A stretch of DNA of 64,000 nucleotides. Origin: a virus. Below are positions 1 through 8,930 of the stretch, piece by piece. Below the pieces are notes generated by a model, which saw nothing but the letters and a program-made list of their open reading frames with translations, was not told the origin of the DNA and did no database searches. The stretch is taken from positions 6,562 through 70,561 of IMG/VR virus record IMGVR_UViG_3300049617_000144; one strand, written 5' to 3'. A program made the position numbers and the translations under genes. Numbering within the stretch: the stretch's first letter is position 1; every line of letters begins with the position of its first letter.

Positions 1-5
1 ATTCA

Positions 6-548
6 TTAAATGAGTTTGGGCATCAGCAAATCTAAATCTGACCTAATATCCTGATTTGGGTCATATTCCCAAACAGGCTTAAGTCTACGGAAGTATTCGT
101 AAACTTCAAACTTTTCATAAGTTTGGACAAGTCGGCGATACCAGCCAGTTAACTCTGGGAAAAATAAATCGCCGCCGAATTGTCCTTTTATGTGGCTGAC
201 TACGATCTTGGCTACTTTTCCAGAGGCTAACGCTTCTTGGTAGACTTGCAGCCCACCAATAATGAATATCTCTTTGCCAGGGGCCTCCCGCTCGGCAATC
301 TTCAAAGCATCATCCAAACTGTTTGCCAAGAAAGCTTCTGATGCAAATTCATGCCTGGACATGACAATGTTGACCCTGCCAGGAAGTGGCTTGATAGGCA
401 AACTATTCCAAGTTTTCGAACCCATAATTACTGAGCAACCCATAGTAGTCGCTTTGAAATGCTTGAAGTCTTCAGATATATGCCAAGGGATCGTACCATT
501 TTTGGCAATGGCACGATCCTCATCAAAGGCAACTATGATTGAAATCAT
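6..548 (-). CDS. folA: Dihydrofolate reductase
   Basis: ORF with ISIIVA...IPW..SEDFKHFK...IMGSKTWNSLP.KPLPGRVNIV...IIGG..VY and DxFFP, the classic DHFR motifs. Confidence 0.95.
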   Translation of the reverse strand: MISIIVAFDEDRAIAKNGTIPWHISEDFKHFKATTMGCSVIMGSKTWNSLPIKPLPGRVNIVMSRHEFASEAFLANSLDDALKIAEREAPGKEIFIIGGLQVYQEALASGKVAKIVVSHIKGQFGGDLFFPELTGWYRRLVQTYEKFEVYEYFRRLKPVWEYDPNQDIRSDLDLLMPKLI

Positions 549-722
549 TTATCCCCCAACACATACTCTTTAAGCTCTTTGGCGGCATTTGCATACTTCT
601 CCCTTAGACACTGAAACTTCTTGTCTTTTATTTCTTCCCAATTGCTATAGTCCGTAAAGCAATAATCGAAGCCTTCACATTCAATATTGTGTTCCAACAA
701 TTCTCTTTCTTTTTTAGTCATT

Positions 723-1022
723 TCATAAATCTCCGGTTAAATCAATTTTCTCTTTTGTATGATTGTTCACGCAAGAAACCAACACGCCTATCGAGGTAGG
801 TGTAAATGTGTAGCTGTCATCATGAATTGCTCCGTAATAAGGCACAGGTTGACCATAACCTCCTTGACACTCACGGGCAGTGCCCTTTTGTTCTATTATC
901 ACTTTAGCATCTTGTTCTTTTTTCCAAAGCAGCAACTTGGTGACTTGTTCTTCACCTAATGAAAAATTCATAAGTATCCTTTCACAGGTTTTCGGAAGAA
1001 TCGCAATGGGTGTCCTTGTCAC
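723..1022 (-). CDS. Hypothetical phage protein
   Basis: 99 aa ORF in the co-oriented gene run; contains YGAI...YTFTPTSIG. Confidence 0.55.
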   Translation of the reverse strand: MTRTPIAILPKTCERILMNFSLGEEQVTKLLLWKKEQDAKVIIEQKGTARECQGGYGQPVPYYGAIHDDSYTFTPTSIGVLVSCVNNHTKEKIDLTGDL

Positions 1023-1491
1023 TAATCACTATCCTGTCATAATACTTTTTGCCCTCTTCCAGAGCTTCTTTTGTATACTTTTTCAAATGCGAAGGAGATT
1101 TGAACTCTTCTGATGGCTTTTCAAGAGGCATCCCCTTCGCCAAATCATGAGTGATTCCATGCCATTTACAGTCAAGACACTGCACATCGTTTTCATCCTT
1201 GAAGGCTTCTGGATTCTCTGTACTAATCACATAGCCAATATAAGTGGAAGAATATCGTTTAGAGCCGCATTGCGGACAACAAACATGGTCTACATGATAA
1301 TAACGCTCCTTGCACTCTCGGGCATGTTTGATCTTTGGCAGATAGATATCCTGGTCCAAGCCTTGTTCTTTATACATCTCGGCCAACTGCTCATCCGTCA
1401 ATGGCCTGTTTACGGGTACGTAAGGAACATAGAAATAACCTGTTTCTGGCATTTGTGTTGTTTTGGTCCATTTAATCTCGTTATCTGACAT
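982..1491 (-). CDS. Hypothetical protein with major-capsid-like GYFYxPYxP motif and Zn ribbon
   Basis: TGYFYVPYVP near the N-terminus; CPQC...CLDC. Confidence 0.55.
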   Translation of the reverse strand: MSDNEIKWTKTTQMPETGYFYVPYVPVNRPLTDEQLAEMYKEQGLDQDIYLPKIKHARECKERYYHVDHVCCPQCGSKRYSSTYIGYVISTENPEAFKDENDVQCLDCKWHGITHDLAKGMPLEKPSEEFKSPSHLKKYTKEALEEGKKYYDRIVISDKDTHCDSSENL

Positions 1492-1621
1492 GATTAACTC
1501 CAGGAAAAAACCAAATGATAATCATGAAATAAAGAAAGAAAGTCACAATAAGTACAAAACAAAGATCATTCTTCTGTTCCATCGCAATTATTCCATAATT
1601 CGTCTCCAAAGTCTCCGTAGT

Positions 1622-2134
1622 CTATCTCCATTCGAGGTGCCTTACGTGTCTAGCTCGTATCGACCAATGATTGCCGAAATTTGGATTGTTTTCACCACGC
1701 ACTTTTTCGCTACGTAGATGTTTGTCTTCAGAGGACATATTGGCAAAACGATTCTTTAATGTCTCAGATATTTTTTTGATTATCTCTTTCTTTTTTGGAT
1801 TACTTGTAAGATTGTCACCACCACTAGCTTGCCTGCCTATGTTGTAACCTATTTGAAAAATAAATGCTCTTGTGTGATCGAGCCAATATTGCTCACGTTC
1901 GAGCAACATGCTAACATTAACTTCTTCTACAATTTCAAACACAAAGCACTTCTCGCCAAAATAATTCCAAGCTCTTTGTAGATGAACATTATGATGCACG
2001 CCGCCACACAAATCAGTGGTATGTTTCTTCCACCGCTTACAACAGTCCTTAGAACTTCCTATGTAGAACTTGTTGTTAGAGGTATTTATAATCTTATACA
2101 CACCAGAAATCATAGTCGCTCCACTAAACAGCAA
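1622..2134 (-). CDS. GIY-YIG homing endonuclease (probably C-terminally truncated)
   Basis: SGVYKI...FYIGSS...R...H...EQYW...GYN; ends soon after a GENNPNFG NUMOD3-like motif. Confidence 0.85.
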   Translation of the reverse strand: MLFSGATMISGVYKIINTSNNKFYIGSSKDCCKRWKKHTTDLCGGVHHNVHLQRAWNYFGEKCFVFEIVEEVNVSMLLEREQYWLDHTRAFIFQIGYNIGRQASGGDNLTSNPKKKEIIKKISETLKNRFANMSSEDKHLRSEKVRGENNPNFGNHWSIRARHVRHLEWR

Positions 2135-3074
2135 CTGGTATTTTTATGATTGGCCCAGGATTGTAACCAATTAACTCAAAGTCATCAAGTTTATATGCGG
2201 TAATGTCATCAGCCTTATGTAAATTCAATGTTGGAGAATCAATAATTGAAGCATTGAGATATTTTTCAGTAGCTTCCAACTGATCTTCATAAATGTGACA
2301 ATCTCCTCCACACCATACAAATTCATAAGCTTTGTAGCCGGTTTGTTGTGCTAACATCATGGTGAACGCAGAATAAAACTGCACGTTTGCTGGCACTCCA
2401 ACCATCATATCGCATGAGCGTTGATTTAACAGCCCCGTCATTCTGCCTTCATCATCAATAAATACTTGATAAGCATAATGACAAGGTGGCAGCTTTTGCT
2501 TGTGTAAATCTTGTGGATTCCATAAAGAAAACATGATGCGACGACAAGAAGGATCTTCTTTGATTCGCTTGATGATATAAGCAAGTTGGTCAAAGCCATT
2601 AAATCCATATTGGTCTTGGAAAGATACTTCTGGTTCTTCTCCAAGCATAGCTCGACACATATTTTTGGATGGCTCAGGGATGCCACCAGCACCATCACCG
2701 TAATTGCCGCCAAAGTAACGAAGCTGAAACCCGTAGACAGGGCCGAATGAACCTTCAACGAATCCGTGCTTTTTCTCGAACTCAGCATCTACCCAGGGAG
2801 TCCAGATATTGGCTCCCAGCTTTTGAAGGTCTTTGTTATTGGTTGATCCCGATAGGAACCAAAGAAGTTCGGCGAAAATGGAACGGGGCCAGACCTTTCG
2901 CCTGGTCACAATGGGGAAATACTCATCGATGCGATAGCGACTCATGATGCCCATGATCGCCCTGGTCTTGATCCCCGTTCTCTTGTTTGATTTTGCAACA
3001 CCCTGCTCTAAGATCATCTTAAGAGCATTGTCGTAATCCTGCATTGTGTAACGACTCATCATGCCTCCTTGCAC
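2124..3074 (-). CDS. thyA: Thymidylate synthase (ThyA type)
   Basis: RTG, ELLWFLSG, GPVYGFQLR, RR, LPPCH, QRSCD...GVPAN, GDCHIY motifs; uninterrupted. Confidence 0.96.
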   Translation of the reverse strand: MQGGMMSRYTMQDYDNALKMILEQGVAKSNKRTGIKTRAIMGIMSRYRIDEYFPIVTRRKVWPRSIFAELLWFLSGSTNNKDLQKLGANIWTPWVDAEFEKKHGFVEGSFGPVYGFQLRYFGGNYGDGAGGIPEPSKNMCRAMLGEEPEVSFQDQYGFNGFDQLAYIIKRIKEDPSCRRIMFSLWNPQDLHKQKLPPCHYAYQVFIDDEGRMTGLLNQRSCDMMVGVPANVQFYSAFTMMLAQQTGYKAYEFVWCGGDCHIYEDQLEATEKYLNASIIDSPTLNLHKADDITAYKLDDFELIGYNPGPIIKIPVAV

Positions 3075-3288
3075 AACTTGGACAAACCCTTGTTTCTTTC
3101 ACAATCTGCTTGCCTGGCCCGCCGTAATCCTTATACCATCCCCATTTCCATCTGTGCTTCCTATCATCCCACTCCCATCGCTGTCCAGCAAATTCCCGGA
3201 AAGGATGTTGGTAAGAGTGTGATTGCACAATCACATGACACGGGATACGTGGACCAACTGATTTACGACATAATTCACATCTGAACAT
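3019..3288 (-). CDS. Small Zn-binding hypothetical protein
   Basis: CELC...CPSC pairs. Confidence 0.5.
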   Translation of the reverse strand: MFRCELCRKSVGPRIPCHVIVQSHSYQHPFREFAGQRWEWDDRKHRWKWGWYKDYGGPGKQIVKETRVCPSCARRHDESLHNAGLRQCS

Positions 3289-3538
3289 TCTCCAAGCCTT
3301 ATACAGCCGCAGCTTGGCTACTTCTGCGGAGGGTTAAAAAAAAAGTGCTTTCATCTTACTGACAAACTCATCTATTGGAATAGTAACTTTCTGTGGATCT
3401 TTTTCGTTAATCCATATCGTTACTGCACTGCCTTCATTAACGGCAGTCATTTCAATAAAGTAATCCTTGTCTATTGCCGACCGAGTGTAGTTTTTTACTA
3501 TCAACATGTAAAGATACTAAAAAGTTAAGCAAGATTTG

Positions 3539-3730
3539 TCAATCGCTCTTCTTCTTTTTACGTTTGCCTTTTTTCTTCTTGGGACGACGTTCGTCGCCCC
3601 AGTGGCTTTCTTCATCTGGATAAGCCCTTGAGACCATACCGCCAACAGGTCTAGCGAAGACGGCAACACAATTTGATCCTGTTCCTACTTCTCGAAGCTT
3701 AAGCCAATCCGTAAAATTGAGTCTTCTCAT
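3539..3730 (-). CDS. Small basic protein with capsid-targeting-like N-terminus
   Basis: MRRLNFTDWLKLRE start, Lys-rich tail, CTACATA motif just upstream. Confidence 0.55.
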   Translation of the reverse strand: MRRLNFTDWLKLREVGTGSNCVAVFARPVGGMVSRAYPDEESHWGDERRPKKKKGKRKKKKSD

Positions 3731-3783
3731 AAAGATATGTAGTCATTATGATAGTTTTTCAATGGCGTCAATATATAAGCATT

Positions 3784-3906
3784 ATGAATAAAGCAGTAGA
3801 CAACTTCATGTTTGGATTGTGTTTTGGCATGGGCTTCTTTGTGGCACAAGCAGTCTTAAGGTTCATAGTTAGCTTGCTGTCTGGTGCCTCACATGCTGGT
3901 TTGTAA
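3784..3906 (+). CDS. 40 aa hydrophobic (membrane) peptide
   Basis: Read by hand: MNKAVDNFMFGLCFGMGFFVAQAVLRFIVSLLSGASHAGL*, with TATATA upstream and a terminator downstream. Confidence 0.5.
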   Translation: MNKAVDNFMFGLCFGMGFFVAQAVLRFIVSLLSGASHAGL

Positions 3907-3909
3907 AAC

Positions 3910-3940
3910 AAAAAGGCCCAGAGTAATCTGGGCCTTTTTT
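3910..3940. terminator. Bidirectional intrinsic terminator
   Basis: AAAAAGGCCCAGA-gtaa-TCTGGGCCTTTTTT between convergent genes. Confidence 0.8.
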
Positions 3941-3943
3941 GCG

Positions 3944-5032
3944 TCAAAATAGGATTTTGACTATTTGATCAGATCCATCCCTCCACAGCTTCTTGGGATC
4001 AATTCCACGCTTCCTGGCGTCAAACAGGATGCCGGTGAACGGCGTCTTTTTGAGAATCGCCAGAGCAAAGTCCTTTTGTACTGGGATCTCCTTGGATGCC
4101 TCCCAGACCGTCATCATCTGAGCATATGCCACTTCAACCTTCTCCTTGACCTCCATGAACTTTTCCTTGACCTCGGGAAAATAAACAAGCAATTCTGAAC
4201 TTTCCCCAGCCAGAACAAAAGGCAAAAGGTTCTTCGGATTGTAAAGATTGTCCCCTTCGCCTCTTAGTCTATGCAACGCCAAATAACTGGAATTTTTTAT
4301 CTTCCACCTGGCGTTGTTCTTGTCTCTGATCACCACCCCTTCGAAAGTCGGGTCTTCCTCCCCTTGCTTGTTGAGAAAATCCTGCACTTCTTCGATGCTG
4401 TGAAAATCGTAACGGTGCGGCAGCGAAAAAAGATTGCTCGGCAAAGTGAACCGAGCATGATTCCAATGCAACTCCTCCTCGCCGCAAAAAGCCGTCAGCA
4501 GAAACATTTTCGGCTCACTGTAGGTCCGCACCACCTTATTCCAGGGCGAAACGAACTCACAGACATAAGTCAGTTTTGGGTCCAACTTTCCCTCAAGGTC
4601 GGCCAGGTCCGAGATCCCCATCGCCTTGCAGAAACCTTCCTGCCAAGTGAACCTTTGGAACTGCATGGTGTCTAGTCCAAAGGAGCCCCTGGTGTTTGCA
4701 CGCCATTGGCCATTGAAGTGATACAGGAGAACCAAGCTACCGTCTTCCTTGCTCTGCACGCAGAAGTCCGAGAAGTCGAACAACTTCATTTCATCCTGAA
4801 CCTCACCCCAATTAAAAAATCTTGGGAAAGAGCGGGCCACAATCTCGTTCGTGGTGCTGTTTAGCACTAGACCACGGCATTCCCTGACCACAGGATGGGT
4901 CTTAGGGGAATCGATCTGGTCGTAGTTAACTATGACCAGTGGCTCTGTTTCGTGCCGGGTAAGTCGGATACCCAGTTCTGTTGCCAGATCATCATAAGAC
5001 TTCGAAGACAAATAGTCTTGTACGTGCAACAT
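3944..5032 (-). CDS. T4 Rnl1-type RNA ligase
   Basis: RECRGL, RSFPRFFN, motif I KEDGS, motif IV FEGVV, motif V KIK. Confidence 0.9.
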   Translation of the reverse strand: MLHVQDYLSSKSYDDLATELGIRLTRHETEPLVIVNYDQIDSPKTHPVVRECRGLVLNSTTNEIVARSFPRFFNWGEVQDEMKLFDFSDFCVQSKEDGSLVLLYHFNGQWRANTRGSFGLDTMQFQRFTWQEGFCKAMGISDLADLEGKLDPKLTYVCEFVSPWNKVVRTYSEPKMFLLTAFCGEEELHWNHARFTLPSNLFSLPHRYDFHSIEEVQDFLNKQGEEDPTFEGVVIRDKNNARWKIKNSSYLALHRLRGEGDNLYNPKNLLPFVLAGESSELLVYFPEVKEKFMEVKEKVEVAYAQMMTVWEASKEIPVQKDFALAILKKTPFTGILFDARKRGIDPKKLWRDGSDQIVKILF

Positions 5033-5147
5033 AATGCACCTCCTTGTTAAAGGGTGTTAGTGAATGGAATCTTCTAATTAGATGGATGAATTACAGAAAG
5101 GTTCACTTAGTGCTACGGTTTGTTCTAACGAACAATCCAACACGCTA

Positions 5148-5648
5148 TTACATGCCGCCTATTCCGCCACCCATTCCACCACCCATTCCACCTTGTGATT
5201 GATTGGCGGCGGCTTGCCAGCCTCGGCCAAGCATCTCAGCAAGCTTGTCAATACTAATGATAATTTCTTTTTCGTCAATAGCACCTTCATAGTGTTTGAC
5301 GCTGCCGTCCTCTTTTCTCACATAAATACGGCGATTAAGACTTGGGCTATTTAGGTTGTGTAGTTGAATCTTCACGTAAGGGACACTTAACTCGATGGGT
5401 TTAATAAGTTTGAAAACACATTGATTGAAAAGTAATACTTGTCCATCGTATTCAAGCTCAACAGGACCGCTCTCGATAAAATCAGGAAGATCATTCGGAT
5501 CAATGCCCAATTCTCCCCAAAGCCGATCCAGATAATTCTCTGGCTCCTCTTCGTGTTTTTTGTGCTTTTTCATCGAATGCACTTTGTCTTCAAAGAATAC
5601 CTTGAAACCTGACAAATAACTTCTCATATCGTATATATCAATCGCCAT
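5148..5648 (-). CDS. Hypothetical protein with Gly/Met-rich tail
   Basis: Probable start MAIDIYD...; ends GGMGGGMGGGIGGM. Confidence 0.55.
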   Translation of the reverse strand: MAIDIYDMRSYLSGFKVFFEDKVHSMKKHKKHEEEPENYLDRLWGELGIDPNDLPDFIESGPVELEYDGQVLLFNQCVFKLIKPIELSVPYVKIQLHNLNSPSLNRRIYVRKEDGSVKHYEGAIDEKEIIISIDKLAEMLGRGWQAAANQSQGGMGGGMGGGIGGM

Positions 5649-5682
5649 CAAAAGATTTTCTTCTGGATTACCGAAATGATTT

Positions 5683-6570
5683 TTGCTATATAATAGTGAT
5701 ATGAACAAAATAGAATGGCAAAAAGAGACAAGAACAAAAAGGAAACTACAAGGGTTGTGCGTACAATGCGGCAAATTTGCAAATGGCTATGTATCTTGTG
5801 ATGCATGTAGGAAAAAAGAAAGAGATTATAACAAAAAGTGCAGCAATAATGGCTATTGTAAATGTTGCAACAGGTTGGCAAATAAACCTTACAAATATTG
5901 TAACGCTTGCTTAACCAGTCGCAGAGCCAAATCAAAAGCAAGACGAGTCAAAAGAAGAAATCTTGGGTTGTGTTCCAGTTGCAGCAATCCAGTAAAAAAC
6001 AATAACTGTCTATGCGACAAATGTAACGCCTCCTTGAAACAAAGGTATGCGGTAACTAAAAATAAAGTGTTCACGGCTTATGGAAAAAAATGTGTTTGCT
6101 GTGGAGAAACCACTATTGAATGTTTGCAAATAGACCACATCAATGGCGGGGGCAGAAAACACAAACTGTCTCTAAAAATTAACTTTTATGCATGGCTGGT
6201 AAAGAATAAGTTCCCCTCTGGATTCCAGACGTTATGTGCAAATTGCAACTTTGCCAAAGCAAGACATGGATGTTGCCCACATCAAAGTCCTGTAATACCA
6301 AAAAGAATAAAAGAAAAAACAGATTGTTTCGAAGCATATGGTGGAGCAAAATGCAATAGTTGTGGAGAAAACAAAATTGCATTTTTAGAAATTGATCATA
6401 TAGATAACAATGGCGGCGTGTTAAGAAAAATAGACAGCAGACAAGTAAACATCTACAGATGGCTTAGATTAAACAATTACCCTAATGGATATCAAGTATT
6501 ATGTTCGAACTGCAATTGGAAGAAAAAAATATTATTAATTTCAAATCATGGTTCGAAACTGCCGAACTAA
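5683..6570 (+). CDS. HNH-like homing endonuclease with Cys-rich repeats and two IDHI...LCxNCN domains
   Basis: Repeated CxxC; LQIDHINGGG...QTLCANCN and LEIDHIDNNG...QVLCSNCN. Confidence 0.75.
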   Translation: MLYNSDMNKIEWQKETRTKRKLQGLCVQCGKFANGYVSCDACRKKERDYNKKCSNNGYCKCCNRLANKPYKYCNACLTSRRAKSKARRVKRRNLGLCSSCSNPVKNNNCLCDKCNASLKQRYAVTKNKVFTAYGKKCVCCGETTIECLQIDHINGGGRKHKLSLKINFYAWLVKNKFPSGFQTLCANCNFAKARHGCCPHQSPVIPKRIKEKTDCFEAYGGAKCNSCGENKIAFLEIDHIDNNGGVLRKIDSRQVNIYRWLRLNNYPNGYQVLCSNCNWKKKILLISNHGSKLPN

Positions 6571-6854
6571 TATCACAAATAATTAACGCCAAGGGTCTGA
6601 TTTTTTTCTTCACATTTAACAAAAAAACATTTGGTGCCCCTGAAGAAAGCAGATTGGTATTTTCAAAACTAAAAGACCCAGACGACAACGATACCACAAA
6701 TTGGAATGGAGCCAATTTTATTGCCTACAATATGCAGGATGCACTTTCTGGAATAGAAACATCATGTATGTTCAACGATAAAGACATCAAGGGCATAAAA
6801 GTAATTGATCAAAAGCAAATTAGTAAATTATTGGAGAAAGACAGGAAAAAATGA
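6501..6854 (+). CDS. Hypothetical protein, paralog 1 (GAPEESRLVF family)
   Basis: Shares GAPEESRLVF..KDP.D and terminal KDRKK with the next ORF. Confidence 0.55.
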   Translation: MFELQLEEKNIINFKSWFETAELISQIINAKGLIFFFTFNKKTFGAPEESRLVFSKLKDPDDNDTTNWNGANFIAYNMQDALSGIETSCMFNDKDIKGIKVIDQKQISKLLEKDRKK

Positions 6855-7192
6855 CATTTTTTCAAAAAGACGATGGGCTTCGTAAGGTGTATGGGGCACC
6901 GGAAGAAAGCCGCCTCGTTTTCGCAAGAATGAAAGATCCAGAAGATAATGATGAAGAATGGGCCAAAGAAGCCACTTTTGTCGGCTATGAAATGAAGCAA
7001 GCCCTGGCAGGAAAAGAAGTTGCCAGGTTGTTTTCAATAAAAGACCTTAAGAAACTCAAAGTGATTTCAAAAGAAAAAGCTACTAAGTTGTTAAGCAGCA
7101 AGAAGAAACCAGCCAAGAAAACCGTGGACTTACCGCCTGTGCATGGTAAGGATGGAGCAGGTATGGTGCAAATCAAAGATAGGAAAAAATGA
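6851..7192 (+). CDS. Hypothetical protein, paralog 2 (GAPEESRLVF family)
   Basis: ATGA overlap with paralog 1; same motifs. Confidence 0.6.
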   Translation: MTFFQKDDGLRKVYGAPEESRLVFARMKDPEDNDEEWAKEATFVGYEMKQALAGKEVARLFSIKDLKKLKVISKEKATKLLSSKKKPAKKTVDLPPVHGKDGAGMVQIKDRKK

Positions 7193-7858
7193 TCAGCCAA
7201 AAATACAGTGATATTGTTCTTTAATTGCCAACTTATACTCTTCTTCTGTCATGGCTCCTTTCATTCGATTAACGTCATACTGATATTGACCGCCAAAATA
7301 AATCCACTGCAAGTTTGATATATCATTGCTCCCACCTCTTGACACCGGCACCCTATGATCAAGCGTTGTATTAACTCCTAACACAAGTTGCCGTCCAGTA
7401 TATGGGCAAATTGATTGGGTCTCAAATAATGATTTAAGTTCACGCCATAAAGATGTTATACTAAAATTAGTTCTTGCAACCTTCTTCAAATAACACGTTT
7501 CGCAATATCTTTCTTTAACAAAACCATTTTCTATCGCTTCCCGTCCACATTGCTGGCACTTGCCGCTCAATTTTCGTGCTTTTCGCTTATCTTCAAACGA
7601 AGCAATAAAGAGATAGCGTTTTTCAAGGTGTTTACTACACAAACCCCGATCTTTAACTGGCATGCCACACTCTGTACAAACTCCAAGTTGCTTTCTTGAT
7701 TCCCTTGACATTTTAATCCTTGCTGCCTCTTTGTTCAGACAAGCCCGGCACATACGACCACCATTAGCAGGTTCATTGCCACACCTGACGCAAATTCCTT
7801 TATCTCTCCGTGTGCGATATTCATTTCTACGCATATAATTTATCTCATGTCTATTCAT
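7193..7858 (-). CDS. HNH endonuclease with Zn-finger repeats
   Basis: CPYTG...LDHRVPVSRGGSN...NLQW...VN..K. Confidence 0.85.
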   Translation of the reverse strand: MNRHEINYMRRNEYRTRRDKGICVRCGNEPANGGRMCRACLNKEAARIKMSRESRKQLGVCTECGMPVKDRGLCSKHLEKRYLFIASFEDKRKARKLSGKCQQCGREAIENGFVKERYCETCYLKKVARTNFSITSLWRELKSLFETQSICPYTGRQLVLGVNTTLDHRVPVSRGGSNDISNLQWIYFGGQYQYDVNRMKGAMTEEEYKLAIKEQYHCIFG

Positions 7859-7944
7859 ATATAATTTCCTAGATTGTAATTGGACAAGTTAAACGACTAC
7901 TTAATATAGTAGTAATTTTTTGTTTTCGTAAAGTTTGAGTTATT

Positions 7945-8649
7945 ATGCTGCCATTTGAAAAAGACACAAAAAGAGTATTCGTGTGCTTCGTGTGCGGAGA
8001 GAAATACGAAGAGTATCAACCTTACAAAGAACACCTTGCATCAACTCATGAAGAAGGCAGAGATTTTGTCTTTTGCCCCCTGGAACGGTGCCAGGCACCC
8101 GTGCGAGACGTAAAGATGCACTTCAAAGCTAAACATCCACACGATAAAATCCCTGCAAAGGGGGCGATGAGATCCATCATTTGGAAAGACATTAACACAA
8201 AGGGTAAATTCAAGACCCGTAAACCAGCATTTCACGAAGGATGGTTTGTAAGCATCAAAAACAACGGCAAAGAGTTTTACTACAGGTCCAGGTGGGAATG
8301 TAAAGTGCTGGAATACCTGGAACTTATCCCGCAAATACTACGCTATGAAGTAGAGCCGCTTAAAGGCGGCATCCCCTACTTGTTCGAAGGTAAAATCCAT
8401 CATTACTTCCCAGACCTGTTTATCTATTTTTCAGATGGTCATGTAGAAATATGGGAGATTAAACCTGAGAACCAGAATGATCTACCTATCAATCAAGCCA
8501 AATGGTCTTCTGCTCAGCCTTATTGCGAATCAAAAGGTTGGCGTTTCGTGATAATCAATGAGGACGAAATTTCTAAGTTGCAAACTATGGCGAATAAAAT
8601 CAGGAACCAACAAATTAGTGGTCATCAAGACCAAGGGCTCGTTAGTTAA
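7945..8649 (+). CDS. Head completion nuclease (T4 gp4 / TnsA-N-like PD-(D/E)xK) with N-terminal C2H2 fingers
   Basis: YRSRWE...YEVEP...IPY...YFPDL...EIKP...KW; N-terminal CxxC...H...H. Confidence 0.8.
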   Translation: MLPFEKDTKRVFVCFVCGEKYEEYQPYKEHLASTHEEGRDFVFCPLERCQAPVRDVKMHFKAKHPHDKIPAKGAMRSIIWKDINTKGKFKTRKPAFHEGWFVSIKNNGKEFYYRSRWECKVLEYLELIPQILRYEVEPLKGGIPYLFEGKIHHYFPDLFIYFSDGHVEIWEIKPENQNDLPINQAKWSSAQPYCESKGWRFVIINEDEISKLQTMANKIRNQQISGHQDQGLVS

Positions 8650-8910
8650 AGGATTGACGTATTTACATCCTCGTTTGACGTTACAGGCCCGACACGCTAC
8701 AACAAAATTGCCACATTTGTCTATGCCCCCTTTTGTCCTTGGAATAACATGATCCATTGTAGCTAAATTATCAACTCTATTATCTCTTGAACCACTTGTT
8801 GGTAATCTTAACTTCTTTCCGCACCAGTAGCATCCATACTTCTGCGTAACAAGCAATTCATTTCTGTGCTTCTTAAGTTTTTTGTTCAGTTTGAATCTAT
8901 TCTTAGACAT
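8530..8910 (-). CDS. HNH endonuclease
   Basis: CYWC...TMDHVIPRTKGG...NFVVACRACN..RG. Confidence 0.85.
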   Translation of the reverse strand: MSKNRFKLNKKLKKHRNELLVTQKYGCYWCGKKLRLPTSGSRDNRVDNLATMDHVIPRTKGGIDKCGNFVVACRACNVKRGCKYVNPLTNEPLVLMTTNLLVPDFIRHSLQLRNFVLIDYHETPTF

Positions 8911-8930
8911 AAATCAATCCCCCTTTGTTA

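Noticed and set aside
1622-3074. Group I intron in thymidylate synthase (as in T4 td)
   Set aside because: ThyA is continuous to its C-terminal IPVAV; the GIY-YIG gene is free-standing downstream.
5148-5195. Short tandem repeat (CCACCCATT-like)
   Set aside because: Encodes a GGM low-complexity protein tail, not a DNA-level array.
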